The notes beneath the pieces are model-generated. The model made no database searches. It had not been told where the DNA came from and saw only the letters and a program-made list of their open reading frames with translations. A stretch of DNA of 63,998 bases, counting the filler, from Basidiobolus ranarum (Eukaryota): NCBI GenBank assembly GCA_040143965.1. It is 3 parts of 3 records of this genome, joined end to end, with 100 filler letters (N's around TTAATTAATTAA, not from the genome) between each part and the next. Parts side by side here need not be neighbours in the genome. Positions count along the whole stretch, not along the records: positions 22,345 to 44,553 come from JASJQH010007066.1; 2 more parts are not named here. One strand, written 5' to 3'. Both the position numbers and the translations under genes were made by a program. This document shows, in pieces, positions 25,311-40,776 of this stretch (its first letter is position 1; every line of letters begins with the position of its first letter).

Positions 25311-26763
25311 ATTAAAGTAGCTAGTATCGTGAAATAAGTTTGGTGTGGTATCCAACTACGTCCCTCGTATGTGGAAAGGGAGTGAAAACACAGAAAATAA
25401 ACAAATAATAGACGGCCTATCTTACTGTTGGGAAGTAAAAACCGCACAGTAGATAGTGCCGAAGTGATACGGTCAGAACTTGAGTAGGTAGAGTTTGGTT
25501 AGAATAGACTAGAAATCAAAATTTTGGTCAGATCGAAGTGTTTTATTTGTAGATTATAGATCGGAATCTAATCAGAAGTAATACTAGACATACATGGTTT
25601 CCCACGCGAGTTGTATATAAAAATTTTCTGATGAGATGACTTGTTCTCCGCAGCTCAGTTTGAAGTTTCAGTTGAAATCTTTTGTCAGTTTGGATTATCA
25701 AGTAATACAACTCAGACAGTTGTATATTCTAAATGGGAGAAGCTCATTGGTAGTTGTGATTGAAACAATCGACAGTATAATATATCAGAAGAGAATATTG
25801 CTCAATACCAAGTAAGCCTAGAGGATTACGAGCCATTCAAGCATACTATTGTGGCTTTTATCGGTGTACTTTTCGTTGCTTATCAAATAGCAATCTTTTA
25901 GTAGTTTTCTCAATTCATCTAACCAGATAGACTTGTATAAGTCACTTTAGCCTACAGAATCATTAACTAGCCATTGATTAGACTTAACGCCAAAGCAAGA
26001 GTTGGGGTTTTCGTTATTTTTTACACTAAGATTACTTTACTTTAATTGTAGGCCTATCGAGAGATACATACTCCTAACTAGGAACAAGCAGAGTAGATGA
26101 TATATCAATCTCATAGCTTCTCTTTCAGACCCATATACTGCCACACATAAATTGGTGGTTGAAATTGTTCATATGATAGGCCTCCTCGCCCTTAAGAAAT
26201 GGTTCTTTTATGGCGCTCACTTGTTGTGCTTAGCAAAGATAGTTGCTTGATAATCAATCTGCCCACGTTAAACTGATCATTAAGATTCAAGTAGATTTCA
26301 CTACATTCTGTATTACTTCGGTTTTATTGGGAATTAGCACAGTTCCACCACCAAGTATTGCTGATAATTTTTTACATTAAAATTAACCATATAATATCCA
26401 AAAGCGCACTACTATCAAAGCTCTGGGTCTCATCGGAGGAAGGCGGAATCTTTGATAAGTAGTTGTATTTTGAACAAATGAGTGACGAATTAATTTCAGG
26501 TTTTGAAGCATATTAAGTAGCCATATTGTATTGAACATCTAGTGAAATAACCAACAAGGTCATATAATCGGCAGAAACGTTAATATAAGAAAGCACTGCA
26601 CTAGCATAGAAAGAAATGGTGGAATATTAGAAAAGCTAATGGACAATGACCATCAATAGCCTCTTATATACATGGTTGTACCAAGTAGATACAGCTATAT
26701 ACTTGGTCAAAGCTTAAATCAATATGCCTGTAACTGTTAATATTCACTTTATTGGATTGTTTC

Positions 26764-27085
26764 TGTACTAATTAGCATTGTCTAAACACCTATATAGTCA
26801 TATATATAGCTTAGTACTTAGCTATCCTATATTTCACTAAGATATCACCCATTATTCTCAATTGGAATTTACTTAGAGGTTCTTAGATATATAGATTTTT
26901 CAAAGATGCCCAAACTTTGCACACATGTTCCTGGGCCCTTCCTTAATACATTCTACATGTTAGTTTGTTTACATCTTGACAAGACTATAAATATCTACTG
27001 AATACTCAATAAATCAATAAGTGAAAAACCACCAATTTCTCTATTTCTCCAAACACTTCCAACAGGCTCCCAAAATACGTTAACA
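26764..27085 (+). mobile_element. Solo LTR family copy
   Basis: Collinear with 45760-46079 (CTAAACACCTATATAGTCATATA...CAGGCTCCCAAAATACGTTAACA). No clear target duplication. Confidence 0.8.
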
Positions 27086-29377
27086 CATTTATCACCACAA
27101 CTTATGGATATCACTACCAAAACACCTTGATGGAGGTGTCTTGATATTAATCTTAGAACACTTTTACATATCTTATGTATACTTTAGCTCAGAACTTAGA
27201 TACTGCACTATATTGAGCATTGCTTGTCTGTTACATATCTCCAGGTTGAAGTTTCTTGAGCATATTTTGGAATTCCCAAGGAATCACAAAATTATAAAAT
27301 CACCACCATAATTTAAAACTCCTTTGGAACATATCTTGGCATGAGATGCAAACTTGATTTTCTTTCCAATGGTTGCAATAACTGCCTTTGGATTAGTCTC
27401 TAGGGCCTGTACTTGACTGCTTTCCAGCTTAAATAATATACACTGACATCTCCAAACAATGAGATGGCTAGCATGCTAAAGTTTTTGAATAATTGAAATA
27501 ACATACATTGGACTTGTTCCCAGTGATAGTGCCAGATTGTACTGTATATATCATATTGGATAAAGTATTCTAAAATTTATGCGGCACAATTTGGCACTAT
27601 CCAGCACCCTCTGGCATGATCAATTTCAATCACAATTACTCTAATATATTGAGCCAAGGTCCGATAAATCCTGGCACAATGGAACAAGTCCAACAAAGAA
27701 AGCCTTTTAAAATGTGCTACGATAATAATAGAAACAGTCACAGTGGTTTTGAAGGCTAGATAAACTAAATTTAATTGATCTCATATTAACCATGTTCAAT
27801 TTACACCAACAGGACTGAAACTACTGTGCAAAGCTTTGAATCAAATTAGCAATTTTATAAATATATGGTTCTACTTTTCCAAATAGTTAGCTAGGATAAT
27901 CAAGTACGCAACGTATCGTGTGGAGAATATATATATTAGTATTGGAGATATGATAGCCAAGAAGTAGGAAATCAATGATGCTGGGTTTCATTCCACTTCT
28001 ACTGTGCTCTAATTTAAACCGAAGAAATATTTTGATGAACGGTAGATATGAAAAACATATCGTTGTTTAAGTGCTCAATGATACTGCTTTAACAATCATA
28101 TCCTCCCGTCCAGGCATGAAGAAATGGGTCTCGTTGGAGCGGATGCCTAACTGACTTTATAGACTCTAATATACCTCATTGCACAGATTTTCATATCATT
28201 ATAATCATGAGCGATGTTGTGTGGATATGGCACTGTCTTAGGATCTCTGAGTTACTTACAAATATTAGTAATGCACCAGATTATCATTCACGCCATATTC
28301 ACATCAGTTGCATCCTTTCATGTGCATGTGTCACCATAGAGATATTTACATGGCTTTTGCAGTTCATCTCTTTATACGTACCCTCTGAGCCACGAATCCC
28401 AAGCTGACTGCCTTAATAGTACATGCTTAATCCATATATCCAGCCATTGATATCCATTTGTAGCGAGTACAGGATATATCAAACCATAACCAAAAGTGGC
28501 AAAGATATTAGAATGTCTAAATGAATAATTCGTAAATTATCTGTAAATATGAGATCTTTATTAAAAGGTGCTCAAACTGTTGAATGATTCCAATGGTATG
28601 CTAATTTCCGATAGGGAGAGAGATGGTTAGTGATGCGAAAGGAGTATTTATTGACAATGAGATATGGGGACCTCCACGGGTTCCCGATGACTCTATATGG
28701 TAGCGCATGCCAGAACGGGCGATATTTCTAATAGGAAATGGACTCGGAATAATAGCAACGGAGAATCGAACCAAGGTCGCAGCTGCTTAGAGCGCAATAC
28801 GTCTGCATTCTTTGGGAGATCAAGCAATCGCTCAGCAAGTAGATCATGTTGATGTGTCAAAAAGGTTATTGTGACACCAAATGATCGTCTCTACCATACG
28901 CGTATTCATGTTCCAATGATTCAGCTTACTCAACATGAACGATCCAGTTTATTAAGAGATGATTAGGCAGGAATGTTTCGTTGTGTAAAGGTGGAGTTCA
29001 GATATATATTTTAGGCTCACGAATGGTGTAATGGCATGGATTCATCTTCGTGGGATATATACACTTATAGTTGCTCTCAAAGCCGAGGATATATCCGATA
29101 TATAGAGGCCCCGCTTTTGAAACCAATCGGCTCACCCAAGCAGCGTTGATATTGAATTTAGTTTCATATTAGCAGAGTTGATCGGTAGGACATGATGAAG
29201 ATGAATTACTGTCACACACAATTTGGGACACATATGACGTTGAATAGGGGAATCTTAAGTAATTGTGGTTAACAAATTGGATCTGAATGTGAAATATGTT
29301 CATTCAGGAAATCAACATTGGAGGATGACGTGTAGCTGTCGAACGGACTTTCTAGTTGGCGATGAGTGTAGTGTGTT

Positions 29378-30324
29378 TTAGAATGTGTTCTTTGGCTTGG
29401 CTGTTCCACACAGTAGGAATTCAAAAACAATCCCACCTAGAACAGCACCAACAATAGGTCCGATGACAGGAACCCAAAAGTAATAATTGGATGCAGTCCA
29501 CACTTCTGTACCGTAGCCAGCTACCCAAGTGAAAAGACGAGGGCCAAAATCACGTGCAGGGTTGATCGCATATCCAGTCAAGAAGCCAGTACACATACCA
29601 ATGGTAACAACTAAAATGCCTACAAAAATGGGATTGGCACCAACGTGAATCGCATTACGCTTGTCATTACAGCCTAGAAGAGCAATCATTAATAAACCGG
29701 TGGAAAGTAACTCGGTCCAGAAGGCGGTACCGAGATTTAGAAATGGCTGAGGATACGTGGCGTAGAAGCTAGCGGTTGCCTGAGGTCCAACAACCTGACG
29801 AACACCACCATCAAACTCATTGATGTCCGCAAGCCAAAGGGAGTGTACAAGCCCAGCACCACAAAAGGCGCCTAAAGTCTGTGCAAAGATGAAGCCCGGA
29901 ACTTTCTTCCAGGGAAAGCCTCTTAATAAAGCGAGAGTGATTGTTACCGCAGGATTCAGGTGAGCGCCCTACAATATGGGAATTTAGTGTGATTGTCGAA
30001 GTAAGGAGAGAATATGCTTGATCTTACCGAAATACCAGCGTTGGAATAGATAGCAACCGTTAGTCCAAAGCCCCAGCCCAAGTTGATACTCAAATATTCA
30101 CCGGAAGTATTTTCTGTATTCAGAAGAACTTGATGAACTACGGAGTTACCGAAAATCAGTAATATCATAGTGCTAAGGAATTCGGCGAAATATTCCCGAT
30201 ATTCATAACGAAAATTTGGTGCTATATTGCTGATGATTTTTTGTAATTTCGTCTGGGGGATTTCCTCCTCTTGAGGGTATGTGGAGTCGTCTAGGTCAAG
30301 CCTCGTAGGATCGTTAAGGCCCAT
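29378..30324 (-). CDS. Aquaglyceroporin (MIP family); one intron
   Basis: AEFLSTMIL, GISG-AHLNPAVT across the intron, FYATYP, GYAINPARDFGPRLF (the NPARD of glycerol channels). Confidence 0.95.
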
Positions 30325-32727
30325 GATAGATAGTAAATATTGAGAAAGTATGGACGTCTGTAGTGCTCGTCAGGCCTCTTTATATTGTTATTAGGTCATA
30401 GCCATATCCATCATCTCCTGTAACACCATTGGTGCACTATTGGAGAGTTACACAAGAAACCCTAATCAGATTCACTCATGATCACCAGCTTCAAATGAAA
30501 TCATCATCCACAACAAATTCATTATAAATGCTCATCCATTTTAGTAAATCTGAACTACTATTAGCTGTTTAACGGAAAAACACTGGGCAGTTTTCACGCG
30601 AGAGTATCCTGACCCAGTAAAGCGCAATGCCGGGATTGATATTGGTGTTACTTTCTAGTTGATATATATTTACAATTGGTAGTGAAATGATTGCGATATG
30701 TAGAGGTGTCTCTGGCCCCGCTTTTCTCTACCATAAGCGTACAGGTTCATAAGTAGAGCATTCCCATGGTAAGTTAAATCTCAATCACTTGATCACACCA
30801 TCTGAGGCTTTCAGAGTATTGTTGAAGGTGTATGGGGGATCTCGGTCGAAGTAAGCTCGTAGAGGTTATTGCCTTGAACGAATGATCATTTTCATTATTC
30901 CAAAGGCACGCATGCGTACACCATTATATCACAGAACGTCGAAGGGTTTGGGGTCAAGCGTGTTTCTTTCCGCTACTAAGCTCCCTGGAAATAGGGTGAG
31001 GTAATGCTTCCCCACAAAGCTCATCCAGTTTTGTTTCATTCTTGGTGGAGGGTGTGAAATTGATTGATGCGAGATCTCGATAGAGAATGATTCAAGATGA
31101 TTCTATGTATGTTTACGATTAAATCTGGCGATAAAAGCCGAGTCCCGCTTTAGCTATTGAATGGATGCGAAGGTAGCGGGAAAAGTATCGCTCCTTGGAT
31201 GCTCAACTGGGTAGATCGATGAGGTCGATGGTTTCTGCTTTTGGTAACAGATATAAAATATCGAACCATTGTAAAGTCAAAGTGAGCACGTGAGCCTCAT
31301 GTTTTAGAATGACAAAGTACTGATTCAGAGCAAAGAGTATATCATAGTGCTTGTTGGACCTGTGGGTGTTCACCTCCATATGCAGATGGCTTTCTCATTT
31401 CCATGTGCAATTCTTAGAATGTACGTTCTGTGTATAGTAATATGTCATTTGTATGGAGTAAGCTCTTGATTGGCCTCATGATAAGCTTCGTACAATTCAA
31501 TGAGTATGATGTAATTGTGGAAATGATGAATTTATTACCAGGGCTCGCCAGGTGTAGAACATCAAGGGCAATAACCTACTTACGATTATTAATGGAGGTC
31601 CAATCTATGTAGCTGGTGCGGTGCTGAGTTCGGCATGAGAGAGCAGCTCAGATGAAGAGACACTGGAAAAATCTCCTTTGACAAATATACCTGTAAATAT
31701 CAGTGGTGGGTGAAAGATTAGAGTATTAAAAGGCCTCATACAATAAAAACTGCATGCAGGATATCCAGTAAACCTGCTATGAGGTCTCCATAAACCAAAC
31801 ATATGGTAAATGGTGTAACCCTTCTTCCAGTTATTTGCCTAAACCTAGCTTGTAACTTGTTCTTGAAACATTTTTGCGAAATAATGACATTCTTCTAAAT
31901 TATTATTATTTATTATATATATATCTGTTAGTTCAATTGTAAAGTGGAGCATACATGTGGCAATCATAATATCTACTGTTTTAGGATCTAACCCACTTGG
32001 AGCTCGAGATGCCAAGCTGTTGGATGCTTCAAGTGTACACAAGACAAAAACCAGTACATCATTGCAATTGAGTAATATATAGGCACCAAGTTTGGCTTAT
32101 ACCTTAAGTGGATTGTAAATTCCATCGATCATCAGGGTAATGTAGTCGTATAGCCACGGTTTAAATACAATGAACTTCAAGTGCCTCACTCACCAAATTT
32201 ATGAACCGTTACGGCCGGACAATGCCTATAATCAGCTAATTGAAAATCTGGTAGACTTTTGAACTTTTAAAAGCTCATCTCTAGGTACCCATTGGGATAT
32301 TCATAGCCCATATACACTCTTACACTACACCGATGTATAATGGTAATGACTTCGCTTTATTCATAGATATGTTCGAAACACTAGGCCTATTTGAATTTCC
32401 TTCTAAAGAAAGGTAAAATTCACCAGTAGGAGTAATTCCAACCAATATTCTCAAATGCGAGCATATCAAACGCATAAAGAGTGATCACTACTACTGATGC
32501 AACAATGTCAGTTGGCGAAAATATAAAAATATAGGGGATAGAAAATATGATGTGGGAGAAGAGAATCAAGCAGCTTGGTTCAGGTCCTATGGTAATGTAT
32601 ATTGCCAACATAGCTTAGAACGAGATAGTGTACCAAGATATATTCGATATTAACTATGTAATTCATTTCATTCATAACCTGTGGGGTGTGGGTGCTATGA
32701 CTTCAACTAAACACAGTGTTTGCGCCC

Positions 32728-34901
32728 TTATTGACCATCCGCTGAATAATCATGTTGAACGATAGTTCCGGAGGCTCCTTCTGTACCATACCAACTTGTT
32801 GAGGTAACAATAGGCAAGTAAGGATGCCAACTAACGTCTCTTGCTACAGCTCGACGTAGGCCTACAATGGAAGGATCAATGGCTTCGCCCACGTCAAGGA
32901 TTTGCACTACTTCACCTTCCAGGTTGAAAATGTGGACAAGACCATCTTGGGAGCCGGTATACAAGTATCTTTGAAAGATAGATGGTAAATAATTGCAGTA
33001 ATTGAATGGCGAATGAAGATTGTTACCTTTGTCCTGTACTATGGGTAGGCGAAAAGTGACAGCGAATCAGAGTCTTTAGAACTCTATGCCCGGTATATGT
33101 CATCACAGAGCAATCTTGAGGGTGTTTAACTATCTTGGGACCAGGATATTCTTGGAATCTAAAATTCAAAATAGCACAAGTCAATAAACTGCATCCTGGT
33201 TTCGATTGATAAGAAAAGCATTAAACCTATAGTCCCATTTCAGACGCAGGTCCAATCTGTCTGAGCTTTCAAAAGTATCATAGGACATCATCTTCCTATT
33301 CATAATAGAGTATGTGCTGTGATTTAGTCGTTTTTTCAATCCAAGTCGTAGAACAAAGTAGTTAACCTGATATCCCAGAGCTTCATGGTTTGATCTTTTC
33401 CATTGGTAAGGCAATAGCGTCCATCTCCCTTTGAGGAAACAAATGTAATACCTTCAGTATGGCCTACAAGCACACCGGCTGGTCTACAGTCTGTTCCTCG
33501 CATTGATCTACGATCCCTACAAAAGCAACACAATGTTTAGAATCGTACGATAAACTCTCACGGCATGGGTGCGTACAAAGTCATTTGAAGACTTACCAAA
33601 CTTTGACAAACGAATCGTCACTACCACTAAACAATACATGTGAAGACTGTGGATCGGCAAAGCAAACTGCGTTCACTTCATCATTATGCCCTTGTTGGTT
33701 AAACAGAATCGTTTGGGTCTCCACATCAAATACTGCATAACAAAATTCATATATGTTTAGCTTGAACTGGTACATGTCTTTCGATAAACAAATCGGATAT
33801 ACCATAAATACTAGAATCACTAGCACCAGCAACAATTTCCCTAGCATCGCCAGAAAATCGGATCGACCAAAGCTATATTGATAAATGAATGGCATTAGAA
33901 GCTGTGCGAAAGGAATGCAAGTAATTCATCTGGCGGTTCGGTTAGTAAACTTACTCCAAAGGTAGCGTGCTCAGTTTCGGAAAACTTGAGAGCAATTTGA
34001 GTTTCGTCATCCGGGGTAGTTCTCGCCATATACACAACAGGTGTAATGGAAGAATAAATAATCCATTGGTTGTCCGCACTGAGTGTAGCATCTGGTGATA
34101 TTGAATAAGAGTACATTAAATATATATACATCTACCGTCAACTTTATATCTGCGTATTACCTGTAATTGTCCAACGACCTGAAGAAAATAGAGCATCGGT
34201 ATTGGTGAGAGATATAACGAAAATATTGCTTATACATAGTGGCTTACCTATCTCGCCAGAAATGACTTTGGTTTCTTTGAATTCCGAGGGAGAAGACGTG
34301 TCATATAGATGTACAAGAAAATCTTGACAACAAGTGTAAAAGAAAGATCTACAGTAGACGAATTATTGTTAGTAGAAGGAAATTGCAATAATATGTTTGT
34401 GATCTGACTTACCCGTCTTCTGAATATTGTCCAGAGTAAACTCGTGCGTTATACTTGGCAACAACCTTTCCATTCCCGTTAGGCCAGTAATTCTAAGATT
34501 TACGGATTTACGAGTAAGCTCTATTCGTTTTATATATAGCACTGGAAGAAAAAACGTACCTGAGCAACGGATACCTGGGAGAATTGTCGAGGTAGATACT
34601 CCCTCATTGATATTTGCTCACATACATTAGAAAGGAAGGGTCTTTTCCCTAGCTTGTTTCTGGTATCAAAATAAGAGTCTGAGAAACCAAATTCTCCGGA
34701 TATCAACATTTCATTTGCAAACTCCGAGCATTTAATTTTGTCAAGGATACTCTCAGCCTCATCCTCTGACTCATTAGCTTCACTAGCAGAATTCTCATCA
34801 GAAGAGGCTTGCTCTTCTGCAGATCTTTCACTTTCTTCTGATTGTTCTTCTTCTGATTCGTCTTCACTGAGAACGTATGAATTACCAAACAAATAGCTCA
34901 T
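32728..34901 (-). CDS. DCAF11/WDR23 (LEC14B)-like WD40 protein, CUL4-DDB1 substrate receptor; multi-exon
   Basis: Acidic N-terminus, GHNDEVNAVCFAD, SGSDDSFVKVWDRR, GVLVGHTEGITFVSSKGDGRY, KDQTMKLWDIR, DCSVMTYTGHRVLKTLIRCHFSP, RDVSWHP. Start codon uncertain. Confidence 0.88.
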
Positions 34902-35938
34902 ATTTTTGTTCAAACTCTAGTACTGAAAACGGAATTTCAAATAGAAGTAGGGATTGAGTAGAAAGGTGGAAATGAGTTAAGGGTCTCAAAGTGTAAAATA
35001 TTTGTGCTAACTTGTTTATTTTTTGTAGCAAACAGTTATGCAAAGGTTGCTACACGCTTGACTCGCTTCTCGCTTTTTACGAAGGCTTGACCACGTTTTC
35101 TTTTACATAGGCATTTGAAAGAACTATGGATATTGATTGATCTCATCATCCACCATGCCTACTATGGAAATCACCCTGAGTTGATGCAATAGGAATGTTC
35201 CTGATATTTTAAGATTTTAAGGTCTGCCATGTAGGTTAGCGTCCTCAAAATCAGACTAAGCAAACTAACTGCAGTCTATTTTGGATACATAGTCGGATAG
35301 AAGTATGAGAGGCCGTCAAGATGCAGTTTAGAAACCAACTATCTGACTAGATTGTGTCTAGCTAACGTCCGCCTTCTCGAACGCCTCGCCTCGCGCGAAA
35401 TCCCGTTTAGTTCAGATATATCATCACAGCGTGAGATTCTCGGTTGGAATTAAATGGCTGTCGATCAAATTAAGAGCAGTTCAAAAACCCTTGATATAGA
35501 ATCAAGAATACAATTTTGGATTGTCTAAAGAGATGCACAATGTTCATCCAAGCTAGGCGAATATTCCGAGTTTCCTCTTCTTGGATTACAAAATACCAGA
35601 AAGTGACATACCACCCCAGATCCGATTGTTCTACAGCAACATCTTGCATTAACCCTATTATTAAATGCACTACGGAGCTGACCTCGACTGCTCTTGGTGG
35701 ATATCCATAGTATAATCGCCCATTATCTCCCCTTCGTTCTTTTCTACTTGATGCTTTGATATTTCCATCGCTCACCCTTTACCACTGAAATCACCTTTGC
35801 TTTCATTTTGTCAGAAAAATCTCTTTAAGTAATTTTAGATATACCCCTCTCGATACCAGTGAATTGATTAACGAGTAACGCATACGCGCCCTCTAATTAT
35901 CGCTCTATCCATTAGACTTGGCATTTGTTTCGAGTGGG

Positions 35939-36800
35939 ATGCTGCTTAATAGTCAACCCAAGGTCACTCGTACCGTTGCCATTCTAGCTTTATCACTACC
36001 TCATATTATGGCTAGAGCTGTGTCTTCCATCGGTTGCTACAGTGACTCTGGGAGCTCTCCAATTCTAAATGGGATTCCCAGTCAAAACCTTAGTCCACCT
36101 TTCTTCGATCCTACCCAGATCTTTTTCTCCTGTCAACAATTTTGCGGCAAGCATCAGTTTCCCTATATAGGAATTCAAGAAGGGAAGATGTGTACATGTG
36201 GAAATACGCCACCAAATAAGAGTGTAAAGGTGGGGGAAGGTAATTGCGATATCATCTGTCAGGACAATGGAAAAGAGAACTGTGGTGGATATGGGTACAC
36301 AAGTATCTTTACTTCAAATGCCGAACAAGCTAGCACTACAGAAACGACGCCTAACAGCTGGGAGAATCCAACCATAGGTATGGTTACTTCTATTGATACA
36401 AATGACATGACAAGCCACGGTACGGCACCAAACTGTAACCTTATTAAACAATTCAAAAGTTAGTAACCCTAGTCCAACTCCTACAATGTCTTCTTCTCAA
36501 AGGAGCCCACATTCAACTACTCCCAACGGCAGTCTAAATGTCGCCCCTATGCCTGCAACATTTATCGACAATACGGGAGTCATGGCAGCTGTATTTACCT
36601 TGGCGGGGGTGGTACTCCTAGGTTGTGGGATTTTGGGGTTTGTTTTATATCAACAACGACAGCAAACCACTGAATATGATCTCACCTCTGATGAAGGTCT
36701 ACAGACAAGTTACCTATGGCAAAGAAGATCCAGCCTTAGCTTAAGGGATGATGTGGATTACACGAAAAAGCTACGAGTCACCAACCCGGATATGTTGTAA
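35939..36800 (+). CDS. WSC-domain cell-wall sensor (Wsc1-like), probably one intron
   Basis: Signal peptide, WSC domain (GCYSD...CQQFC...CTCG...CDIIC...CGG), S/T-rich stalk, one TM helix, tail SLRDDVDYTKKLRVTNPD. The two ORFs join in frame with an acceptor at 36459. Confidence 0.85.
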
Positions 36801-37913
36801 AACTGTATATTTGTTGAGGATCTAGCGACTGTTGGATTAAAGATGGTTCTATGGGTAAATCCCGATGATGGACTTGGACATAGTAGGTATAGTGAATGTT
36901 TTAGTCCGTCGTATTCTTTACCAGATTAATGGATTAATTTATGCCTGTAGAGAGTATACCAACCATCCAACTTTCCTACAGTGGATGATTATTTTTTGCT
37001 CGTTTTGGAAACCTCAAAATGAATCTATTTATGGTGGTGAAGAACGAAGTCAAGAAGAGGTTGGTATTGTGAACTCCATTGATACCTTGTTTATAAAAAC
37101 AGGAGTTCCTAGTAATAATCCAGGAAAGTGTTAAGAGTGCATCTAGCTTGTTTCTCTTTATAATAGAGGGCTCTTTATATAGCAAAGTAAACTTTCTTAT
37201 GACTCATTTGTTTATGCGAGAATTTCATTCCCCTTTTCTGTTAATTACCACACACATACCCAACTTGGCATGATGTACTCTTCAATGAGTTTACTTTTAG
37301 TATTTAACCATTATAGAACTACAATCGCGACATGTTCCCTAGAATATATATTCCTTCCCATTTTTGCTTCCATACTCTCAACTTTGATAAGAATTCATAT
37401 GCAAATACCTTTACAATAGTGGCTTTATCCTCTCGTTATATGCAAGATAGTGAAGAATGAAAGTCATCTTCGCTTAACAAGAGGACGTTTGGCTCCAAAA
37501 ATATTAATCAAAACAAGAGAAACTGATGTTATCACTTTTCATTTATATGGATATAGCCGAAGATATAACATGAAACGATTTTGTTCAAATACTAGTTCGA
37601 GAACTTTTTGAGGTTCTAATGACTAGTTAAGACAGCAGTAGCGATTAAAAAAGTAATATATATGTGGAGTAAAAAAAAAGAAAAGGAAAAGTGAATTTCA
37701 ATTTGTACCAAGTAGGCTCTCGATATCAAATAAAACAAAACATTATCTTGTATCATTGGCATATATTGGAGAGTGTAAGAAGAAAATGGAAATTACAGCA
37801 TACGAAAGTAATTGAATATAAAAAAATTAGTACTTTTGTGGGTCTTAATGAAGAGATAATATAACAGCAAAGGTAGCCAGTCGAATCGATTAGAAAACAC
37901 TGGATTAAATTGG

Positions 37914-39845
37914 CTACATTGATGTTGACGGTAGTGAGAGCCGGCGGTTAATGGTTTTATTTTCTGCAGGATTCCGTTTGAGGATATCCACGATGGGTCC
38001 TAAGAGTCTAACGAATCCATCCTTGGACATGGCAGAAACCTTGAGAGAACCCTTAGCTGTAATGGTGGCTGCCCTTGGCGCATCATTTAACAGCGCCAAT
38101 TCTGGTGAATTAAGAAAGTTGAAGCATCCAATTTCCACAAGAAGAAAGCACGATTTACTTACCGCCGAAATAATTTCCCGCCTTCAAACCAGGGAGTTCA
38201 TGTTCGTTCTCCATTTCATCGATCTGAGTAACATGTGCTTCGCCTGACTCGATGATATAAAAATAATTGCCTACTGTACCCTGCTCAATAATTGTCTCGC
38301 CATCTTCATACTCAGCAGGCTCTAATGCGTCTGCGATTTTGACTACTTCAGCTGTCTCTAAGGTATGAAGAATAGGTACAGTCTTCAAGAAAGACTCATA
38401 CATCTTACGCTTTCGAAAGGTGTTATTGGTAATACTTCTTCTGAAAGTTACTCGATCTACTCCCCAAAGAATTCCACTAGTAACAGCTTTAACGGAGGCT
38501 GCTCTTGGAGTCTAATGAAATACGGACATCGTATCAGACATTGTGGCAAATACATAACGAATAAACTTAATAAGCAGTTAGATGATCCTTACATTATACA
38601 TCAAAGCCAATTCTCCAAAGCTTCCACCAGCGCTAACCTGAATGACTTTCACACCGTTTTTGATGACATCAAAAAGCCCTTGATCTACTACGTAAAAGTT
38701 GTCTCCTTCATCACCTTGCTGTATCACCACCTCACCTTCGGATACCTTTCTTTCGAACATACCATCCACCTGAATAGAATAAACGAGTTAAATCACTTTA
38801 TAGATGGGATGATATAAACGGACAAGAATTGTTTCATACCACTTCCCGCTTTTGATCCGGTTCAAGATTACGGAATAAAAGATTGGATGAAGTAGCGGAA
38901 GCGATTCGCATCCTTGCTTCATCACTCTTTGGGACCACAACTCTTTGGTACTCCTGTTCTGTGGGCTTAATAGACTCCGCACTTACTGAACCACGACGAC
39001 CACGATTGGTGTATGCAGCATTGACAGACAATTGTGTACGTTGAAAACGAGACGATAACTTATGTGGTGGCTCGCTAAATGCATCTGCTTCCTCAGTTGA
39101 TTCGATTTCATCTTGACTTTCTACTGGAGTTTCACTTTATGAAAGTTAGATGGAAACTTATTAAAGTGGTATTAAGAGAAGATATATCAAAAGGGAAGAA
39201 TTACTTTTCATCACGTTTACGCTTAGCTGCTTCTCCATCCACTATCAGATAACAAAAGTGGTGTTAAATTGGTCAATAAATCTAATATAATAAGTTTTCC
39301 TTTCTTACCTGCAGGTATGGTTGTGAGAATAGAAGGGATGGTTGCACTATTTGAATGGTCAGAACTCTCAAGTGCAATAGTGTCGAGGTAGTCTTGAAGA
39401 TGAACCTAAAGAGAGAGTCGATACTTTATTTTAGCAAAAGTCGATATTACCTTGATGGTTTGACATCAAGAAAACTGCCAATATAGTAAGAAAGTAATAT
39501 ACCAAGTAATCTACATCGGGTTGGTTTTCAGCTTTGGTTTTTAGTATATTAAAACAATCGGTCAGGAAAGTCAAAGGGTTTTCTGGTTTATACATCATTA
39601 AAGTGGAGTTCAATTTCTGATGGAAATAGAACGTGTTGTATGTAAGTATTACTGTAACCAAGTAGTATATTAAGAAAACCTTTCCAAATATATCAAAAAA
39701 GTGAGATGTTTATGATTGCGCGAAACGCAACAATCCTAAGGAACTCCAACTTTTTGAATATTTTGAAAAGTAGAATTAGACTCACTTCAAAAAAAACATT
39801 CAACCGATGTTGGGCTATGTATTCACTATCTGGTGATGCTGACAT
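37914..39845 (-). CDS. pkaR: cAMP-dependent protein kinase regulatory subunit; multi-exon
   Basis: Docking domain (KPENPLTFL), inhibitor site RRGSVSAES, two cNMP domains ([34 protein letters not shown]). Start ATG 39845 inferred. Confidence 0.95.
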
Positions 39846-40776
39846 AATACGTAGAGAATACTGTGGAAAGAAAAGAAAAGAAAAATAAAGGTATAAGGTA
39901 TAAGGTGAAGGTGAAGGTGAAGGTGAGGTAAGTATGTATTACTGAATTTTTCGGGCCTGGATGTACGTGATATGTGACAGGCTTCCTAATAGGAATCATC
40001 ATGCAAAAAATCAGGCATGTCAAGACACAGAAAAAAATCAAAAAAAATCATCTCGAACTCAAAATATCAAAACATGACTAGCTTTAAAGGACACAAATTA
40101 AGAAAATTTTATTGGAAATTAATTAGAATTTGACAAGATTTGGTACTCCAAAGCCTACACGAATGATGCCATTCTACTAAATCAAGATTATTTCTACTGT
40201 ACGATTTGCATATTCTCTTCACTTGTCTCCTCTTCGCCTCAAAAAAAAAATTGTACAACAGTCAAATTATTTTCTAAAATGGATGTTCAATGCTGGAAGA
40301 TGTTTCCGAAAGATGAATTTTGCATAGCGCTTGAGGGCGACCATAAAGGGACTAGGAGTTTATACAATTGTAGTATATTAGCTGCATGGAGAGTTCCAAC
40401 TGATCTTTTTGCTGTTACTATCATATGGGTTTGTGTGTGACATACTATATTCGTTTAAGCTTTTGTAACCAATATGCTAATATGTACGATATTGAGTTTC
40501 TAATGTAGGGTTGAGTTAACACCAGAGGTTGTGTCGTTGATCATGTCTTTGCTTGCAGTACCCGCACCGCAGCGCCCTTAACATCAATTTACTTGCTATT
40601 TGACACATGCTGTACGCACGTGGATGCAGTATATATATATTGGTAAACCCACCATTTAGATGAAAATTATAAATCCTTTTTATAATTCAAACAGTATGTA
40701 CGATATTAAAGTGATCATTGAAAATGGCCTCAAAGGTAGTGTTGGATTGAAATTTCAAATACATGTAAGCACAAAT

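Noticed and set aside
31290-32200. Coding-like minus-strand fragments between the aquaglyceroporin and WD40 genes
   Set aside because: Multiple stops and no identifiable family; may be a pseudogene but is unsupported.
36720-36740. RRSS PKA site in the WSC tail next to the PKA regulatory gene
   Set aside because: Very common motif; adjacency alone is no evidence of a functional link.
39893-39930. (AAGGTG/AAGGTAT)n repeat upstream of pkaR
   Set aside because: Short simple repeat in a pyrimidine-rich 5' region; no evidence of special function.
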